64,000 nt of DNA from positions 131,812,001 through 131,876,000 of the forward strand of contig OZ024740.1 of NCBI GenBank assembly GCA_964016885.1. The letters are read 5' to 3'. The translations under genes and the position numbers were made by a program. Within the stretch, counting starts at the first letter, position 1. Each line of letters starts with the position of its first letter. Below are positions 29,587 to 47,525 of the stretch, one piece after another. Below the pieces are notes generated by a model that saw nothing but the letters and a program-made list of their open reading frames with translations, did no database searches and was not told the DNA's origin. This stretch comes from Eledone cirrhosa (lineage: Eukaryota).

Positions 29587-29624
<38 letters not shown>

Positions 29625-29641
29625 GTGTAATTATATATATT

Positions 29642-29771
<130 letters not shown>

Positions 29772-29884
29772 AATATATATATACATATATATATGTATAT
29801 ATATATAATGTGTGTGTCTATATATATGTATATACATACACACACACCCTCACACACATACACACACACATATATATATATATA

Positions 29885-32412
29885 TTTATTAAAATAACAG
29901 ATTAAAGTTTAAGCAAAGAATCGCTGCTTTCAGCCTTAACGGGATCTTCTGAAACTAACAAAGTCAATCTGTAAACGCATAACTGGATATTTCAAAAAAC
30001 GTTGAAACTGGAGGAAGACAGGAAGACGATACTTTGGTTCGTGGAAACGTTCGCTGGCAAAGAACGTGAAAAAACGAACATAATTCGTCATTAATAGGAG
30101 CGGAGAAAAACAATTACGCGCAAAGACAGAACCACGTTAATGGTATAAAAGAGGTCGTAGACTAATGTTCTCTTAGGTGGTTCATAGAGACGTTATCGAG
30201 CAATGAACGAAAAAAACGAAGATAATGCGTCATATGTGGAGCGTGGAGAACAATAGCACGCAAAGACAAAACCACGTAAATGGTATAGCAGAAGTCGTAG
30301 ACTAAAATTCTAACTAGGAGACCGAATGAATCTCCGCTACAGAGTTAAGAACAAAGTAAATGAATACAATACAGAAGTAATAGATATAAATAAATACATA
30401 CACGCAAACAAATACGTACATACACAAGCATACGCAAAACACTTTCCAAAGGTATACAAAACCACGCACATATAAATATGTGTGTGTGTGTGTATGCGTG
30501 TATACAAATAAATAAATAATTATATAAACGTATATAAATAAATAAATACGTATATAACAAGCACACACACATATCTACAAGTAAATACACGAATGTTCGG
30601 AGACGTAAGTCAATCAAAACTTGAAGTACACATATACACACACCCTACATACGTACGAACCTGTATACTCACACAGACGCAACACTCCCGTATACACATA
30701 GCCAAACCATATGTACCAGAATATATAAAAGTATACGCCATAACATAAACAATCAGATATACGTACGAGAAGGTATACTTACCTTCACAAAACATACGGG
30801 TAATATAACTTACCTATGCAAATAAGTAATGGTATAAACAAAACATATACTTAGCTCCCACATCAAGACGTAAAATATCCACGTATAGATCGTGCTATGC
30901 GTTAGGGTATAACGTGGGGCTGTAATACAGGAAAGTGTTGTGCAATTTATATTTACAAGCCGAAATGGCCTCATATTTTTTGTTTAAGATGTGGTCTGTG
31001 GCGTAGAGTATTTCCAGGGCATCAGCGGCGCAGAGGTCACATGATATTTTATTTCCGTTATACGATCTAGCCCTAGCTAGGATCACCCAGTGTAACTTAT
31101 ATTGGGTGTATTTGTCATTTAGACTACAGATATAAGCTGAAAGTGACGTCATATTCCTTTTTAGAGGTTAACGAAAAGAATGGGTATGCATGTAAAGACG
31201 CTGCTTGAAACTATTGGCGGTTAACCCTATGTAGGCCCTACGGGATGTGGGTGTTACAACCTTACATTTGTAGACAATGTTACTAGAGAGGCATTTCCCG
31301 GATAGGAGGCAATCAACCACATTCCTACAATTACAGTTAGTACTAACTACAGGGTTGCACGTGTTCCTACATCTACGTAGTTTAGCTAAATTTGAAGCTG
31401 TGATGTTATGTGCAAGGTTAGGAGTCGTAGAGTAAGACATTTTAATAGTATTTCTATTAAAAATTCTACTATATTTATGTGTAGGGGGAAAATGCTTCGT
31501 AATAAGGGAAAGAAATATCTTAGCTAATAGTGTGGCCACCTCCATATTATATGGTGGTTTATACCAACAAATGCGACGGGATCTATTTCTTCTAGGTCTA
31601 TTTTCGTACTCTGTATATGCTATCTTATCGACAAATCCACTTCGAGCAAGAGCTTCATTGTAATAAGTGGAATGGTCGTTGAAAATACGCTCGTTGGAGG
31701 AAAGACGGGAAAGCCTCAACGAAACGTTTCTTACCAGGTTCTTGGTTATGCTGGCAGGATGGTTGGAATGATTACTTATGTAATTAAGCGTATTATTCGG
31801 CTTTCTATACGGGTAATACAACCCATTCAATAAATTGAGGGTAACGTCGAGGTAATTAACAACCGAGAGATTGGCCTCAACCTGTATAGAGCGGTTGAAG
31901 CCTTTAAAGAAGGCTGTGAGTTCTTTTCTGAACCTGTCGCAAGCACGAGGTCCGCACTTAGTCATGGTCAAAAGACCATCGTCACGGTACAAACCACCGC
32001 CCGCGTTGGGGAATTCGTCCTTGATAGAGAAAAGAAGGAAAAGGCCGATAAGATCAGTAACCTCCGCAGAATCACTGGCGCCCATACTCACGTCGAATGG
32101 GGTACCACTGGATTTTTTAGTCCAAATAGAGTCGTCGAAATTAATCACCGACTTTCGGGCATTGAGGATGACATCAACTTCGAAATCCTTAACCACTGTG
32201 AGTGTTTTAGCGAAATTTATAGCTATAGATTTATAGATGGAGGAGTAGTAATTGTTAATGTCGAATTGGATAAAACGGCAATATTCCTTGTTACATATGC
32301 CGTTGAACCAATCAATCACCGCGAAAGTATTGTTCCACAGTGCAAGAGGGGCAAAACTTCTAATTTCAGGTATAATTCTATCAAGAATCGTTTTACTAAG
32401 TCTACCTAAATA
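29885..32412 (-). mobile_element. Penelope-like element (CxCx5Cx5C type), 5'-truncated, with long 3' UTR
   Basis: RT plus GIY-YIG ORF at 30895-32410; 3' UTR contains a ~140-bp tandem duplication (30045-30320) and a decayed HHR-like cagaaga..GAAA near 29920-29952; flanked by microsatellites. Confidence 0.85.
30895..32410 (-). pseudogene. PLE polyprotein (RT, thumb, Cys linker, GIY-YIG endonuclease), disrupted near 31168
   Basis: FDINNYYSSI, FDVSMGA.D.AEV, GLYRDDGL, NYLDVTL, YRKP, SNHP, WYKPP, CNCRNVVDCLLSGKC, IVYKC..AYIGLT..FKQR, CDLC. Confidence 0.92.
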
Positions 32413-33935
32413 TTTGTATTCGTGTGTGTGTGTGTGTGTGTGTGTGTGTTTAGTGAAGTATAAATATATATGAGTGTGTAGGTAGCGGCTATATGTGTAA
32501 GTAATTGAAGAACCTCATCTTTACATAAATATATCTAAACATAATTTAACTTCTTTAGTTTTCTATATGATTTAATTATGTATCTTCTTATTTCAGTTTA
32601 TTTCCGCACCACGTCACTGTTTGATTGATGAACATTTATATTTCTACTATACTGTTCTATTATAACTAGATCTCAACTAAGATTTATAAAATTCACTGTC
32701 TTCTCATTCGACAGCAAATTATCTTAGAGATATACATTTCTACATCTATTATCTACTTGTGCTATCTACTTCAATCCTTAATCGAAAGAATTGTCATATA
32801 GAAGGACTCATGAGAAATGTGAAGTTATAACTGTTTCGGAGATTTATATTTGCCCTGTCCTACTTTGAAACTCCTGTTTATACATAATTCTTAAGTAGTG
32901 GGACTAAGTATTATTTTAAACACTATTTTGGGGGATTCCTTGTTTTTTTTTTTTTTTTTTTTTTTCAGCTTAGTGAAATTATGGTGGTTAACCTATTCAA
33001 GTGTAATTAAACATTTATGTTATGGACTGAAGAATAGAGTGATTATTGATAATACATTGCAGTTACATAGTTGAAATTAGATACACATTTAACGCTAATT
33101 ATTCTGTTCTGTATTTAGAGCTTCACTTCTCATACAGTTTTGCTCTGTTTGTTTTTGTCGGTGACAGGATAATTTAACAATACCACAACATTCGGAGATT
33201 ATAACAATGCTACAATAGTTTTAAGTATGTCTCAAGTATAATCAAGAGAGATTATTAGCTATGAGATATCTAAATTTCAAATACTTTTGAATTGTTCAGC
33301 ACTCACTCAGCAATAATTCATTTTACAAGCACATTTACTGGACTAAGTGATATGTTTTTGATAATATACTCTTTTGTGTCTTACCAAAGCAATGTGTTGG
33401 TTGTGCCCTCAGCATGAGAACTCGATGACCAGGCAGGGGCTATATAATCTAAGAAGACGATGGAATTTGATTTACATATGATTATGTTTTAGTGACTAAC
33501 GACCTGGTACATGCTTTTCATAAATCATTGGCTCAAAATCACCTATTGAAACTATGGGCCCAACTCCAACATGTATCTGCTTGTCGGTGATTGGTAAAAG
33601 GTTGGTAGCAATAATGATAATAAAAATAAGAACATTAATTAGTATAAATAGCATTACTAGTAACACTATCCAATCAAAAGAGTTTATTATCCCATCAACT
33701 GATTTGAATATTGTGTTGTAAGTCCAGCAATTCCTTATGATTCCCACAAACCATACGCACACACATATATATATATATTTAAACTCAATACACAGAGAAA
33801 TACACACACACACATGGACGCTTGTATATATACATGTATGTGTGCTTGTGTGTGTGTGTGTGTGCATGCTTTCGTTCATTTTTTCCGGGATTAATAAGTT
33901 TAGTTTGATAGTTGTCACCATCGTCATCGGACGCG

Positions 33936-33992
33936 TGAAACACTGTTAGCTAAGAAAACAATGTATTTCTAAGCACTCTTTGGTTATTCCTA

Positions 33993-34045
<53 letters not shown>

Positions 34046-35574
34046 CAGGAAAGAAGAGTGACACGGTTTGCTATACAAATAATGCGTTCTACAACCCTCG
34101 CCAAAAATGGGTTCTACAACCCTCGCCAAAGAAAATCTGGGAATTTAAGGACAACAACACCAACTACACTATCAACTGGTCGAGGTTGTCGGCCGCAAAG
34201 ACCTACAGTACCGGTATGTCCCAATGTAGGCTCTGTGATCTAGAATTACTGTATATCCTTAGAAATGTAAAAAGGCTACTTAACAACAAGTTAGAAAGAT
34301 CAATCTTCTTCTGACACAGGATCACCACTAAATTCACAAGATTTAAACCGCCGTGAATCGAACCGACCCAACTTAGCTTCAACTTAGGATACCCACTACA
34401 CTGCACGAACCACCACAGAAATAAAATCATAGGCGGTCTGGGATATACACCTAAAATCTAAAATAAAAATTATAAAGTAAAAGAAAGTACGACGAGTTAA
34501 AGAAATGTATGGTACATATACAGCCGGCACAGATGTGAGGAAATTGTAAACATGCCAGGTCCGCAGAAACTGGAACGCCCCAAAATCCTCACGCTCGGTC
34601 GCTCAATCCAACGTGCCAGGTGAAATTCACTGTATGTCCAAGCAGGCGTTCACCCAATGTATCGCACCGCATAAAAATATACCACAGTAAATACAAATTG
34701 TGATGGCTATCCCGTTATATATAGAGAAAAAGTGTATATAGGAGACTCCGCTTCCAGAATCACATATGGCAGAATGAGCAGATATTGTTATAATAATAGA
34801 CGGGTTTATTTTAGTGAGTGCACATTTCTGTAGAATATATAGATATATATAGGAGAGAACTCACACCCAAACCTATCAAAGACAGCTATGATAGTTATAT
34901 GTCCGCCACGTGGTTTTCGTTTAGATCATTGACTCCGGAGGTTGCAATCCATACACAGTCGGGTGTGACCCCTCCTTGTTCGGCGGGAGTTCAATATCCA
35001 GTGCTGCACTCTGCCTAGAGTGTGGTTCTATAATTCATTAGAGCTGGATCACAATTCATATTCAACTAACTGCAACTTTCAAAGATTAGCCTCTCGCTAG
35101 TAACACATGGCGGTAGTCCGAATATTAACACAGGAAGTCATAGTGGACCCATGAAAGGTATGGGAGACAATTCGCGTCATAAAACACGGATTCATTAGAT
35201 ATCCCACGGGATGCTAGGGGCCAGTCTTTTATTTGATTCGAAGCCCTCAGCCATCAACCACCCCTTCCCCCGGGGGCTTGGTCAATTCAGCGGCGTAATT
35301 TTTAAATTTTTAAATTTGTAATTTTTTAATTTTAAAGACATTTTATGACATTATGTGCATCATGTATTCTGTCTTTTACCATATAGCGCTGGCCTCGGGA
35401 CACCCTGCTGGTCATTTAACCTTGTCCTGGTGACGCAGCTTAATGGAGCATGCAACTGCTGATATATTCTTGTTTATAGGCTTTGATGATTCCTGCCATA
35501 ATGTATGGATGAAACACTGTTAGCTAATAAAACAATGTATTTCTAAGCACTATTTGGTTATTCCTATAACTATA
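33936..35574 (+). mobile_element. Non-coding unit bounded by 65-bp direct repeats (33936-34000, 35510-35574); pseudo-LTR or retrozyme-like
   Basis: tgaaacactgttagctaa(g/t)aaaacaatgtatttctaagcact(c/a)tttggttattcctataactata occurs twice; the repeat starts at the GAAAC of an HHR motif. Confidence 0.55.
35479..35525 (+). ncRNA. Type I hammerhead ribozyme variant
   Basis: ggct-TTGATGA-ttcc...ggat-GAAAC-act-GTT-agct; C3 replaced by U, weak stem II. Confidence 0.55.
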
Positions 35575-35677
35575 ACGGGTCTGTAGTATACTAGTTCTCC
35601 TACATTGAGCTACAAGCACACTGTCATACCAAGGGCAATATCTGCATGTCTGGGTATATTGATATATTTGTCAAAGA

Positions 35678-35724
<47 letters not shown>

Positions 35725-36715
35725 AATTCCAATATATATATATATATATATTTCAATTTTTTTTTTCTTTCGTATTTATGCAGATATATTTAGCTCATTC
35801 TTCTCCTGCTTGTCAGTTTAGACACACTATTTTATATTCAAAAGATTAATATGTATGTGAAAGAAAGAGAAAAACCTTATCCAAGCAATGAGAAAATGGG
35901 GAAGGGGTAAAGGAAGGGCAGATCTGGATGTATGGGAAAGTATAGGAAAGGATTATGAGAACCATAAATAATAGGAAAATGAAAGAAAAACTAAGGATTT
36001 TGGGGCCGCAGAAGAATGGGAGGAGGAAGGGAAGGGAACGGGGATATGTGCCTAGGTCGCCGTGTTGTCTATACAAATACAAGCACGTACATGCATACAG
36101 ACCAACGCAAGATATAAAGCCGATGTATCCAGCATTTTACCGATCAATATAAACGCTCTGTTTTTTATGAATTCCGAAATCTGAGGAAAGGATCGCTGCT
36201 AGAGTTGCGTCCATGATATCCATAGTTGATTTTGAGCCAATCATCTTTGAAACGTGCCTAACAAATATATAATAAATAAAAATAAAATAATATATAGCTT
36301 ATGTACACAGGAACGAACACAATCACCGGTACATATACAAGCAGACACAAACATACATAAATTTACATAAAACTTTAAAATTTCTTATTTGATTATATGT
36401 ATATGAAATAACGTAAACATTCATATATATTTGTATATTTGTGACCATATAAATAATATTTTTGTTTTAAATTATTCGTTACTGTTGAGCAAATTTAAAC
36501 GCCTGACTCTATGAATTACACATATGCACTCAATAATGGAGCCGTATCACATTGAGAAGTTTAACTTGAAACGAAATCGTGAAATGAGAAAAAATATATG
36601 TATGCAGACGTGTACCCTACTCAGAATCAAAGATATACACATATATACATAGTGTGTGTATATATACATGTGAATGCGTGTGTATGTGAATGTATATATA
36701 TATATATTTATATAA

Positions 36716-36775
<60 letters not shown>

Positions 36776-36797
36776 ATATATATAAATATATATATAA

Positions 36798-36902
<105 letters not shown>

Positions 36903-36945
36903 AGGTTTATATAAATATATATATATGAGTGTATATTTATATGAG

Positions 36946-36985
<40 letters not shown>

Positions 36986-37019
36986 CCTATATAATATATA
37001 TATATACACACATACACGT

Positions 37020-37057
<38 letters not shown>

Positions 37058-37096
37058 CATATAAGAACAAAAGATGGTTAAAAGAGTTCCATGTAT

Positions 37097-37160
37097 TTTA
37101 TTATGCGCATTTCAAAAACAAATATCAACATGCAATAATATTTGTGTTTTCATCAGATAA
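37097..37160 (-). ncRNA. Type I hammerhead ribozyme, intact core
   Basis: Minus strand ttat-CTGATGA-long AT-rich stem II-GAAA-tgcgca-TA-ataa; AUA cleavage triplet; palindromic stem/loop III. Confidence 0.85.
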
Positions 37161-37874
37161 CACAGGAAGACATGATATGAAGGTTAAAAAACACTTGTGG
37201 ATAGTGCAGTTTTAAATCAACATATGAGAAGTAGTCTTAGATTGATGTGTGATGTTGGGAAAAATATTTTATTTTGAGGGGGGGGGTGAAAAAGAGGAGG
37301 AGATGAGAGTAAAAAGTGGAGAGGGAGGAGTATAATGAGGAAGGATGAGATAGGAGGAGAGAAGGGTGATAGAGAGAGAGAGATAGTTTTTATAACTGAG
37401 AAATATATATTGTTTTACATAGAGAGGTTGAAAACCGTTGGAAGATAATGTATAAATTAAAAGAATTTGAAAATTAAGGAAGAGGAAAATAATGTGTAGT
37501 TATGGTATATTGAGGGGTTTAATAATGTGTGCGATGAAAAGAAAATGTTAATATGTATTAAGAATAATATTTAAGGGTTTAATAACATGTGCGATGGAAA
37601 GAAAAAATTTATATGTATTAAGAATGATATTTAGGGTTTAATAATATGTGCGATGGAAAGAAAATGTTGATATGTATTATTAAAAAGAACAACAGGTAAT
37701 ATAAGTAAGGATATATTGTGAGATGAGCATGAATGAGTTAGATGAATAATCTAACGTCAAACAAATGTTTGTTTACGAAGGATTTTTACAAGGTGATATA
37801 GAATAAGAATGTATTGTATTATGTAATAATTGATTCTATGTTAGGCAACAGTGAGAAAAGGTACAGATTAGGGG

Positions 37875-39146
37875 TTAGACATTAAAAGAAAAAGAGAAGA
37901 AAGGGAAGTGATAAATAGGAGCGATATAGAATGAGTAACAATTATTATAGAACGTATAACAACCTTTGAAATAAGGTAGAAAGATGGGTATATTTTTAAA
38001 GAAGTGTATATATATGTGCCTTTGAGAAAAAAATTTTAAATTGATAGAGATTTGGATATTAGCTGTATACTTTGTGGAATATTTGTGGAATTTATGCAAG
38101 CAGATAGAAACCAAGTCAGTGCGACTATTTATTATAGAATCTAAATTAGAAATAATGGTAAATTTTTCATTTAGACAGAGATTGCAAATTTTGGATAGAG
38201 AACTGTTCAAGTATGACGACGCAGAAGAAACCTTCTTCCAAAAGATGCTATATTTAATATTTTTGTCTTTCAAGGACCATATGTGTTCTGAGAGAGCCGT
38301 GTTGGTTCTTTTAAGTTTGTATTTAAAAGACGAATGATGGTTATAAAGACGAGCTTTAAAAGAGGTGGAAGTGGAGCCAAAATAGGTGAAGGAATTGGTG
38401 TCAGTTATAACTTTACATTCGTAAATTAAGTTTTTATCAAGACAATGGTTGTTGAGAGGACATTTATTTTTAACAGGGCAATTGCAATTGCGATTAGAGA
38501 GATTATTAACGAGTGACCTAGTGTTATCTATAGAAGGAATTGGATTGGAGAAGTTATTTACGATAGGAATAATAGTTTCTTGATTTAGAATGGGATAAAG
38601 AACATTTAGCGAAGTTGTGTTTGACGTTGTATTTGGGTTTGCAGAAATTAGCCTAGGGTTTACAATGACGTCGGGAGTACTATTACTATTATTATGATAT
38701 TCAGTATTGGAAGGAAGAGATTTAGTATTTAGTATTGTATTGTTGTGTTTAGAGATAATGTTGGAAATGTTGGAGGATGTAGAATAGGAAAATGTTATAG
38801 TGTGTTTGTTAAATATTTTACTATAGATACGTGAGGGAGGGAAGCATTTATTTAAGGCATTAAAGAATAATTTAGGAATATTGTTATTACTAGAGATGGA
38901 GAAAGGAGAATTGTACCAGATTATGTTTTTGTATCTAGGTCTTTTATTAAAGTTATTGGAATGATCATGATTAATTATTCTACTGTAAGTTCTTCTAGAA
39001 TTTGTTTCTTTACTATATTTGATTTTATCAGGATAGCCGGCTTTAGAAAGCACGTTATTATAGTAATTGGCGTTAGAATCAAAGATGTTTTTATTAGAAG
39101 ATAGGTTAGATATTCTTTTTCCAATATTACTAACTATAGCATTCTT
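37875..39146 (-). pseudogene. PLE ORF 3' half (thumb, Cys linker, GIY-YIG endonuclease)
   Basis: KRISNLSSNKNIF..YYNNVLSKAGY, WYNSPFS, IFNKHTI..SYS, CNCPVKNKCPLNNHC, LIYEC..YFGST..FKAR..H, CNLCLNEK. Confidence 0.9.
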
Positions 39147-39386
39147 GCTTTATTGTACTACAATAAAACTCACCTCCTACATATATATATATATATCATT
39201 CTATATTATACTCACACACACACACACACACACGCACACACACACACACAGATATATATACACACAGATAGAGAGAGAGAGTAAGAGAGAGAGCGAGAAA
39301 CAATAGAAAGAGACAGACAGACAGCTTGAGAAAGGCGGAGTGAGAGTGAGGAGGGCAACTAGATATTAATAGAAAGCTAATAGTAA

Positions 39387-39463
<77 letters not shown>

Positions 39464-39470
39464 AGTGTGT

Positions 39471-39584
<114 letters not shown>

Positions 39585-39889
39585 GTGAGTGTCTCTATAA
39601 TAATTTGTGGATAAACATTTAAACCACACGCATATTTCGCAAAATATATTATTATAAATATATGATTTTTGTTTCTATTATATTTAATTCTGCTACTTTC
39701 CTAGAGTTCTGCCAAGTCTTGGCTAAGACAAAACGTATGATTTTGGGCAACCTTGCCCAGAATATCCGAAGATATTGTTCATTTATATAATTCGTCCATA
39801 AAATTTTATATATATATATATATAAGACGAAATTAGTTGTGTGGTTACTGTAAACAAAGTTTAAGATGATAGTTTAGACGAAACAATAG

Positions 39890-40432
39890 AAGAAAAGAAA
39901 TCCTTCCTCAGCTGTAAACCGAGACCAAGTTGTTTCGTCACTTAATAAATGACATCTAAAAACGACCAGCGGCTCGCACATGACCAATTTATCTATAACA
40001 AGTTAGGGGGGTGGGGGAAGAAAAAATAAGAAAAATAGGGGATAAGTAGTGAGGAGAGAGGAAGAAAGAGAAAAAACAGGTAAACAGACCAAAAGGTGGG
40101 GAGACAGAGGTCAATGGAACATGTAAGTGAGTAAGCGAGGAAAAAATAGAATATAATAAGTTATAGCTTACTGATTAGACTTAAGTCAGGGGGTGCGATA
40201 ACAGGAGCCCTGTCGTACTGTACGACTCTGAATTGAAGGGAAGGTAGAGAGATAGAGATAGACGGAACAACCGGCAGTGAGAGGGAGAAGGAGAAGGGAG
40301 ATAATCCAAAAGAGTTTTACGACAGTTGTAAAACGTGTCGTAAACCAGAGCAGTTTTACGGGGGAAGGAGTGAGTGGAGCTTGTGGGCTTTGGTGGAGTT
40401 GAGGAATGAGAAGAGGTCATGGTTGAGGTTTT

Positions 40433-40435
<3 letters not shown>
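39890..40435 (-). mobile_element. Possible PLE 3' UTR or pseudo-LTR remnant
   Basis: Strand-biased stretch next to (TA)n; minus strand tgtca..tgac-GAAAC-aacttg-GTC near 39925-39957 without an intact CUGANGA. Confidence 0.3.
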
Positions 40436-40507
<72 letters not shown>

Positions 40508-42438
40508 TATGAAGGATTCGGTATTCTGACGGCAGAGCTCCTGCCGTTTTAACAGCAAGATCGGAACCTGGTTTAATAGGTTTTTATTGCATATATTCTG
40601 ATTTAATATGTATAAATATTCGTGTTTTTCTTCGTTTGTATGTGTGTGTGTGTTTCAATAATAGGCCAGGCACTAGATCCATGTTTTATATAAGTACGTA
40701 TAAGATCTGTACTCGACATTCATGAATGGCAACACCGAAACACAAATGACTCTGTGCATAAACCATCATTGCCGGTGAGTGCCTGGTTTAATGTTAGAGC
40801 TACCCACTATATTCATCAGGAAAGGAGAATGAAGATTATAGAAAGGATTAAAGAGATGAGATTTACTCATTCAGCAGGAAAAAGAAAGAACATCAAAGAA
40901 AGATATCTACAAACAATATAGGCACATAATAATTCGAAATCGTGTGTGGTTTTGTTAATAAAAATATCATGATATAATTAGAAATCTGTATTCCATTCTT
41001 GCGGATTTTATTATGTAATTTCAATTAGATATATTGCCTCATGTCTTGCTAATTCCAATAATCAGACCTAAAATCAGAATGTCAATATATTTGAATTTGT
41101 TAATAATTGAATCAAAATAATATCTAATCAAGAAAATATGTTGTCATTGATAAAAAACATAGTTTCTAATATATATTTGGGAAATTTTAAATAAATTGCG
41201 ACAAAATAAATGTATAAATACATAATTTATATTAATATAAACGAATTAAAAGGTTATGATAAATATCGTGATGGGATAATTGAATAGAATATATTATTAA
41301 AATATACTTTTAAAAAATTAAATAATTTACTTTTGAAAATTAATTATATTCCGTTCTGATTGGCAAAATAAATTAAATATTTGATTTTCTTTACTTAACG
41401 TATGTTTTCAGGATATGTTATTGATGGAACGTTGTTAATGTTATTGTTCTACTTCAATCACCTAATATTTATGTAAACTATTCCAAGCAGGGCCATCTAC
41501 TTCATTATGTTTTGTTTATTTCGTTTACAATTATATATTTCTCAACGTGTGCATCACTTTTACACATATTTAGTATTAAATTAAATACAAATTATGGACT
41601 TGCCTCTATCAATCCAGAATGAGAAAAACTTATCTCGCTTTATCCGCACCCAAATTCCATTTTATATGTGTTAAAATATTTCAGTTAAAATTTGAACATT
41701 TCAAATACAATGTACCTTAAATAATCATGCAAATCTGATATGGGGAAACGTATTGTCGAAGTAATATATTGAACGTTAATTTTTATGTTCAATTACACTA
41801 GCTAAAAAAAAAAATAGAAATGTTTGCAAGTTTTTTAAAGTATACAATATTAAAAAAAGATTCATAGTTTCTACATACGCTATGTTGCATAATCATTCAT
41901 ACATAGAGGCTATTCTCCATCTCGACGATAAATGCTCCAGTTCATTCAATCAACGTATATGTTTATAGCGCGCGGACAAGGAATTAGTTTATTTGAGCCC
42001 GAGAGCGCGGTTACTACTCTAAATGAGAAATATTGGTCTCTGTTAGGACTTCATTTCAGGAATCGGGACTCTGATGTAAAACTTGGGAATAGCTGTTAGA
42101 CAATGACGTTGACATATTCTTTTTCGATGGCTATCACAATTGTTCAGAACGTGTGATATATCCAGTGCGAGGGATTATTCGAAAAAAATATATATAAACG
42201 CCCACATATCATTGGTTCCACTCAACTACCGCAAATATTGCATGGTCATGTCTAGTCGTAGCCATAAAAGTAAGTGGACAGGAGCATCTGTTGTCCTCGA
42301 ACCCTGAATGTTATGAACGCAAACCCTAATACACTCATGCATCACTATTTACTGTCATGCCTTCGAGAGGATTTATATTTGTTTTTCTCATTTGATAATT
42401 ACGTGGTATCGTCTGTTATTATAGTCGTTTGATTTGAG

Positions 42439-42482
42439 ATGCCTGATGAATTGTTTTCAATAAAACAGTTCTAGTCCTGCAT
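42439..42482 (+). ncRNA. Decayed hammerhead motif
   Basis: atgc-CTGATGA-attg(tttt)caat-aAAAC-agttcta-GTC-ct-gcat; G12 replaced by A; lies just before a (CT)n/(TA)n tract. Confidence 0.5.
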
Positions 42483-42527
42483 AACTCATTTCTATAATAA
42501 TATAAATATACCTCTAATCTACTACTA

Positions 42528-42651
<124 letters not shown>

Positions 42652-42678
42652 CACTCTCTCTCCCCCTCTCTCTCTCTC

Positions 42679-42736
<58 letters not shown>

Positions 42737-42865
42737 GATAAGCAGAACAAGTTAAATTCAACCAATTTTTTAAAATAAATTAAAAAATATAATTTAAATA
42801 TATATATATATATATATATTTATACATATATGTCCCGCATAGATATTCATTATGTATAATAAGTG

Positions 42866-43044
42866 GATGGCAGTATCGGTAGAGGGTCGGACGCCATTCC
42901 TTTGAAGCATAGAGTTACCTCCCTTTATGATCTGAGTTCAAATCCCGCCGAGGTTAACTTTGCCTTTCATCCTTACGGGGTCGATAACATAAAGTACCAG
43001 TAATGCACTGGGTTATTGATGGTCTTGTGCCAAAAGTAGAAACA
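42866..43044 (+). mobile_element. tRNA-derived SINE with ~17-bp target-site duplication
   Basis: Same family as 9300-9483; attatgtataataagtg at 42849-42865 and 43045-43061. Confidence 0.92.
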
Positions 43045-44149
43045 ATTATGTATAATAAGTGAAAATACATCATTTCCTTGTCTTGAAACGACAAATTTAA
43101 GTGTGTTATAAAATCAGGATGTTTATATATTTGGCAGCGATTATCGTATTTTGTAAGCGATGAAAGGGGCATTGTCATTATTATTTATTTAAACTTCAAA
43201 ATATGGCGTTTATTATAGGCCGCTACAAATCAGCAACTCACAAATTCCTATTTACAAGTTTGTTTTCTTTATTCATTTATCATAAATTGAATAAGTATTT
43301 CATATTCTCCGGCTCTTTCCCTTCAAATATTCAAACTTTAAATGGAAATGTTGTTTGTTTATTCCAATATTTTCGAACCGTTCTTAAACATCATTGATTT
43401 GAAAAAACTGGATATAAATCAATAGCGAATTATTAAATGTCAAATATACGGGCAGTTTTTCTTTCCTTTTCAACTATTTCCAAAGAAAATTTTATTATTG
43501 TCACTTTCGAAGAACGATACAAATTATTTCATATACGTTTGGCATGATTTGCGACATTCACAAAAAAATGTGATTTGTGACATTCACTAAAAAAAATGTT
43601 CGACTAAAAATAGTTTGGAAGAGTAATTGGCTTTATTATCATACAAATTAAAAGGAAATATGTTTGACATACAGGCGTACGGAAGAAATCTACCTTGGAT
43701 TTATATTGTTTCATTACTCCGAGAATAGAAAATAATTTAAATTTAACTAGAAGTGGACAATATGACACATTAGAAATATTATTCATGCGTAATATATGAT
43801 AGGCAGAATTAAATAAACAATCGTATCTATAAAATGTAACTGCATTTATAGATGTGTGTATAAACAGTATTTTATTCGTGAATGCAGATGTTTTGTTTGT
43901 GAGAATATATATATATATTCTGGATAATAAAAAGGAATGTCGCTTTATACATTTGTATTATAATAGCATGAATTAGTGCGCAAGCAAACACAATTCAACC
44001 TAAATAAATCTATATGCAGAAGCTGATGGTAGTTTCAGTAATTCCACCTCACTTTCTCTCGATATATATATATAAAGCTGTTAGTAGTGTCAGTAATTCC
44101 ACCACTCTCTCCCTCTCCATATATACATATATATATAGAGAGAGAGAAA

Positions 44150-47353
<3,204 letters not shown>

Positions 47354-47421
47354 TATATATATACATATATATACATATATATTTATATATATATATACAT
47401 ATATATATACATATATATATA

Positions 47422-47524
<103 letters not shown>

Positions 47525-47525
47525 A

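Larger units (their letters stand above)
37061..39180 (-). mobile_element. Penelope-like element (CxCx5Cx5C type), 5'-truncated, between (TA)n tracts
   Basis: Thumb, linker and GIY-YIG ORF, 3' UTR with about three ~59-bp tandem units (37510-37680), terminal HHR. Confidence 0.9.

Noticed and set aside
31160-31175. Possible selenocysteine read-through in the PLE ORF
   Set aside because: The stop is TAA and the continuation is in another frame, so this is simple decay.
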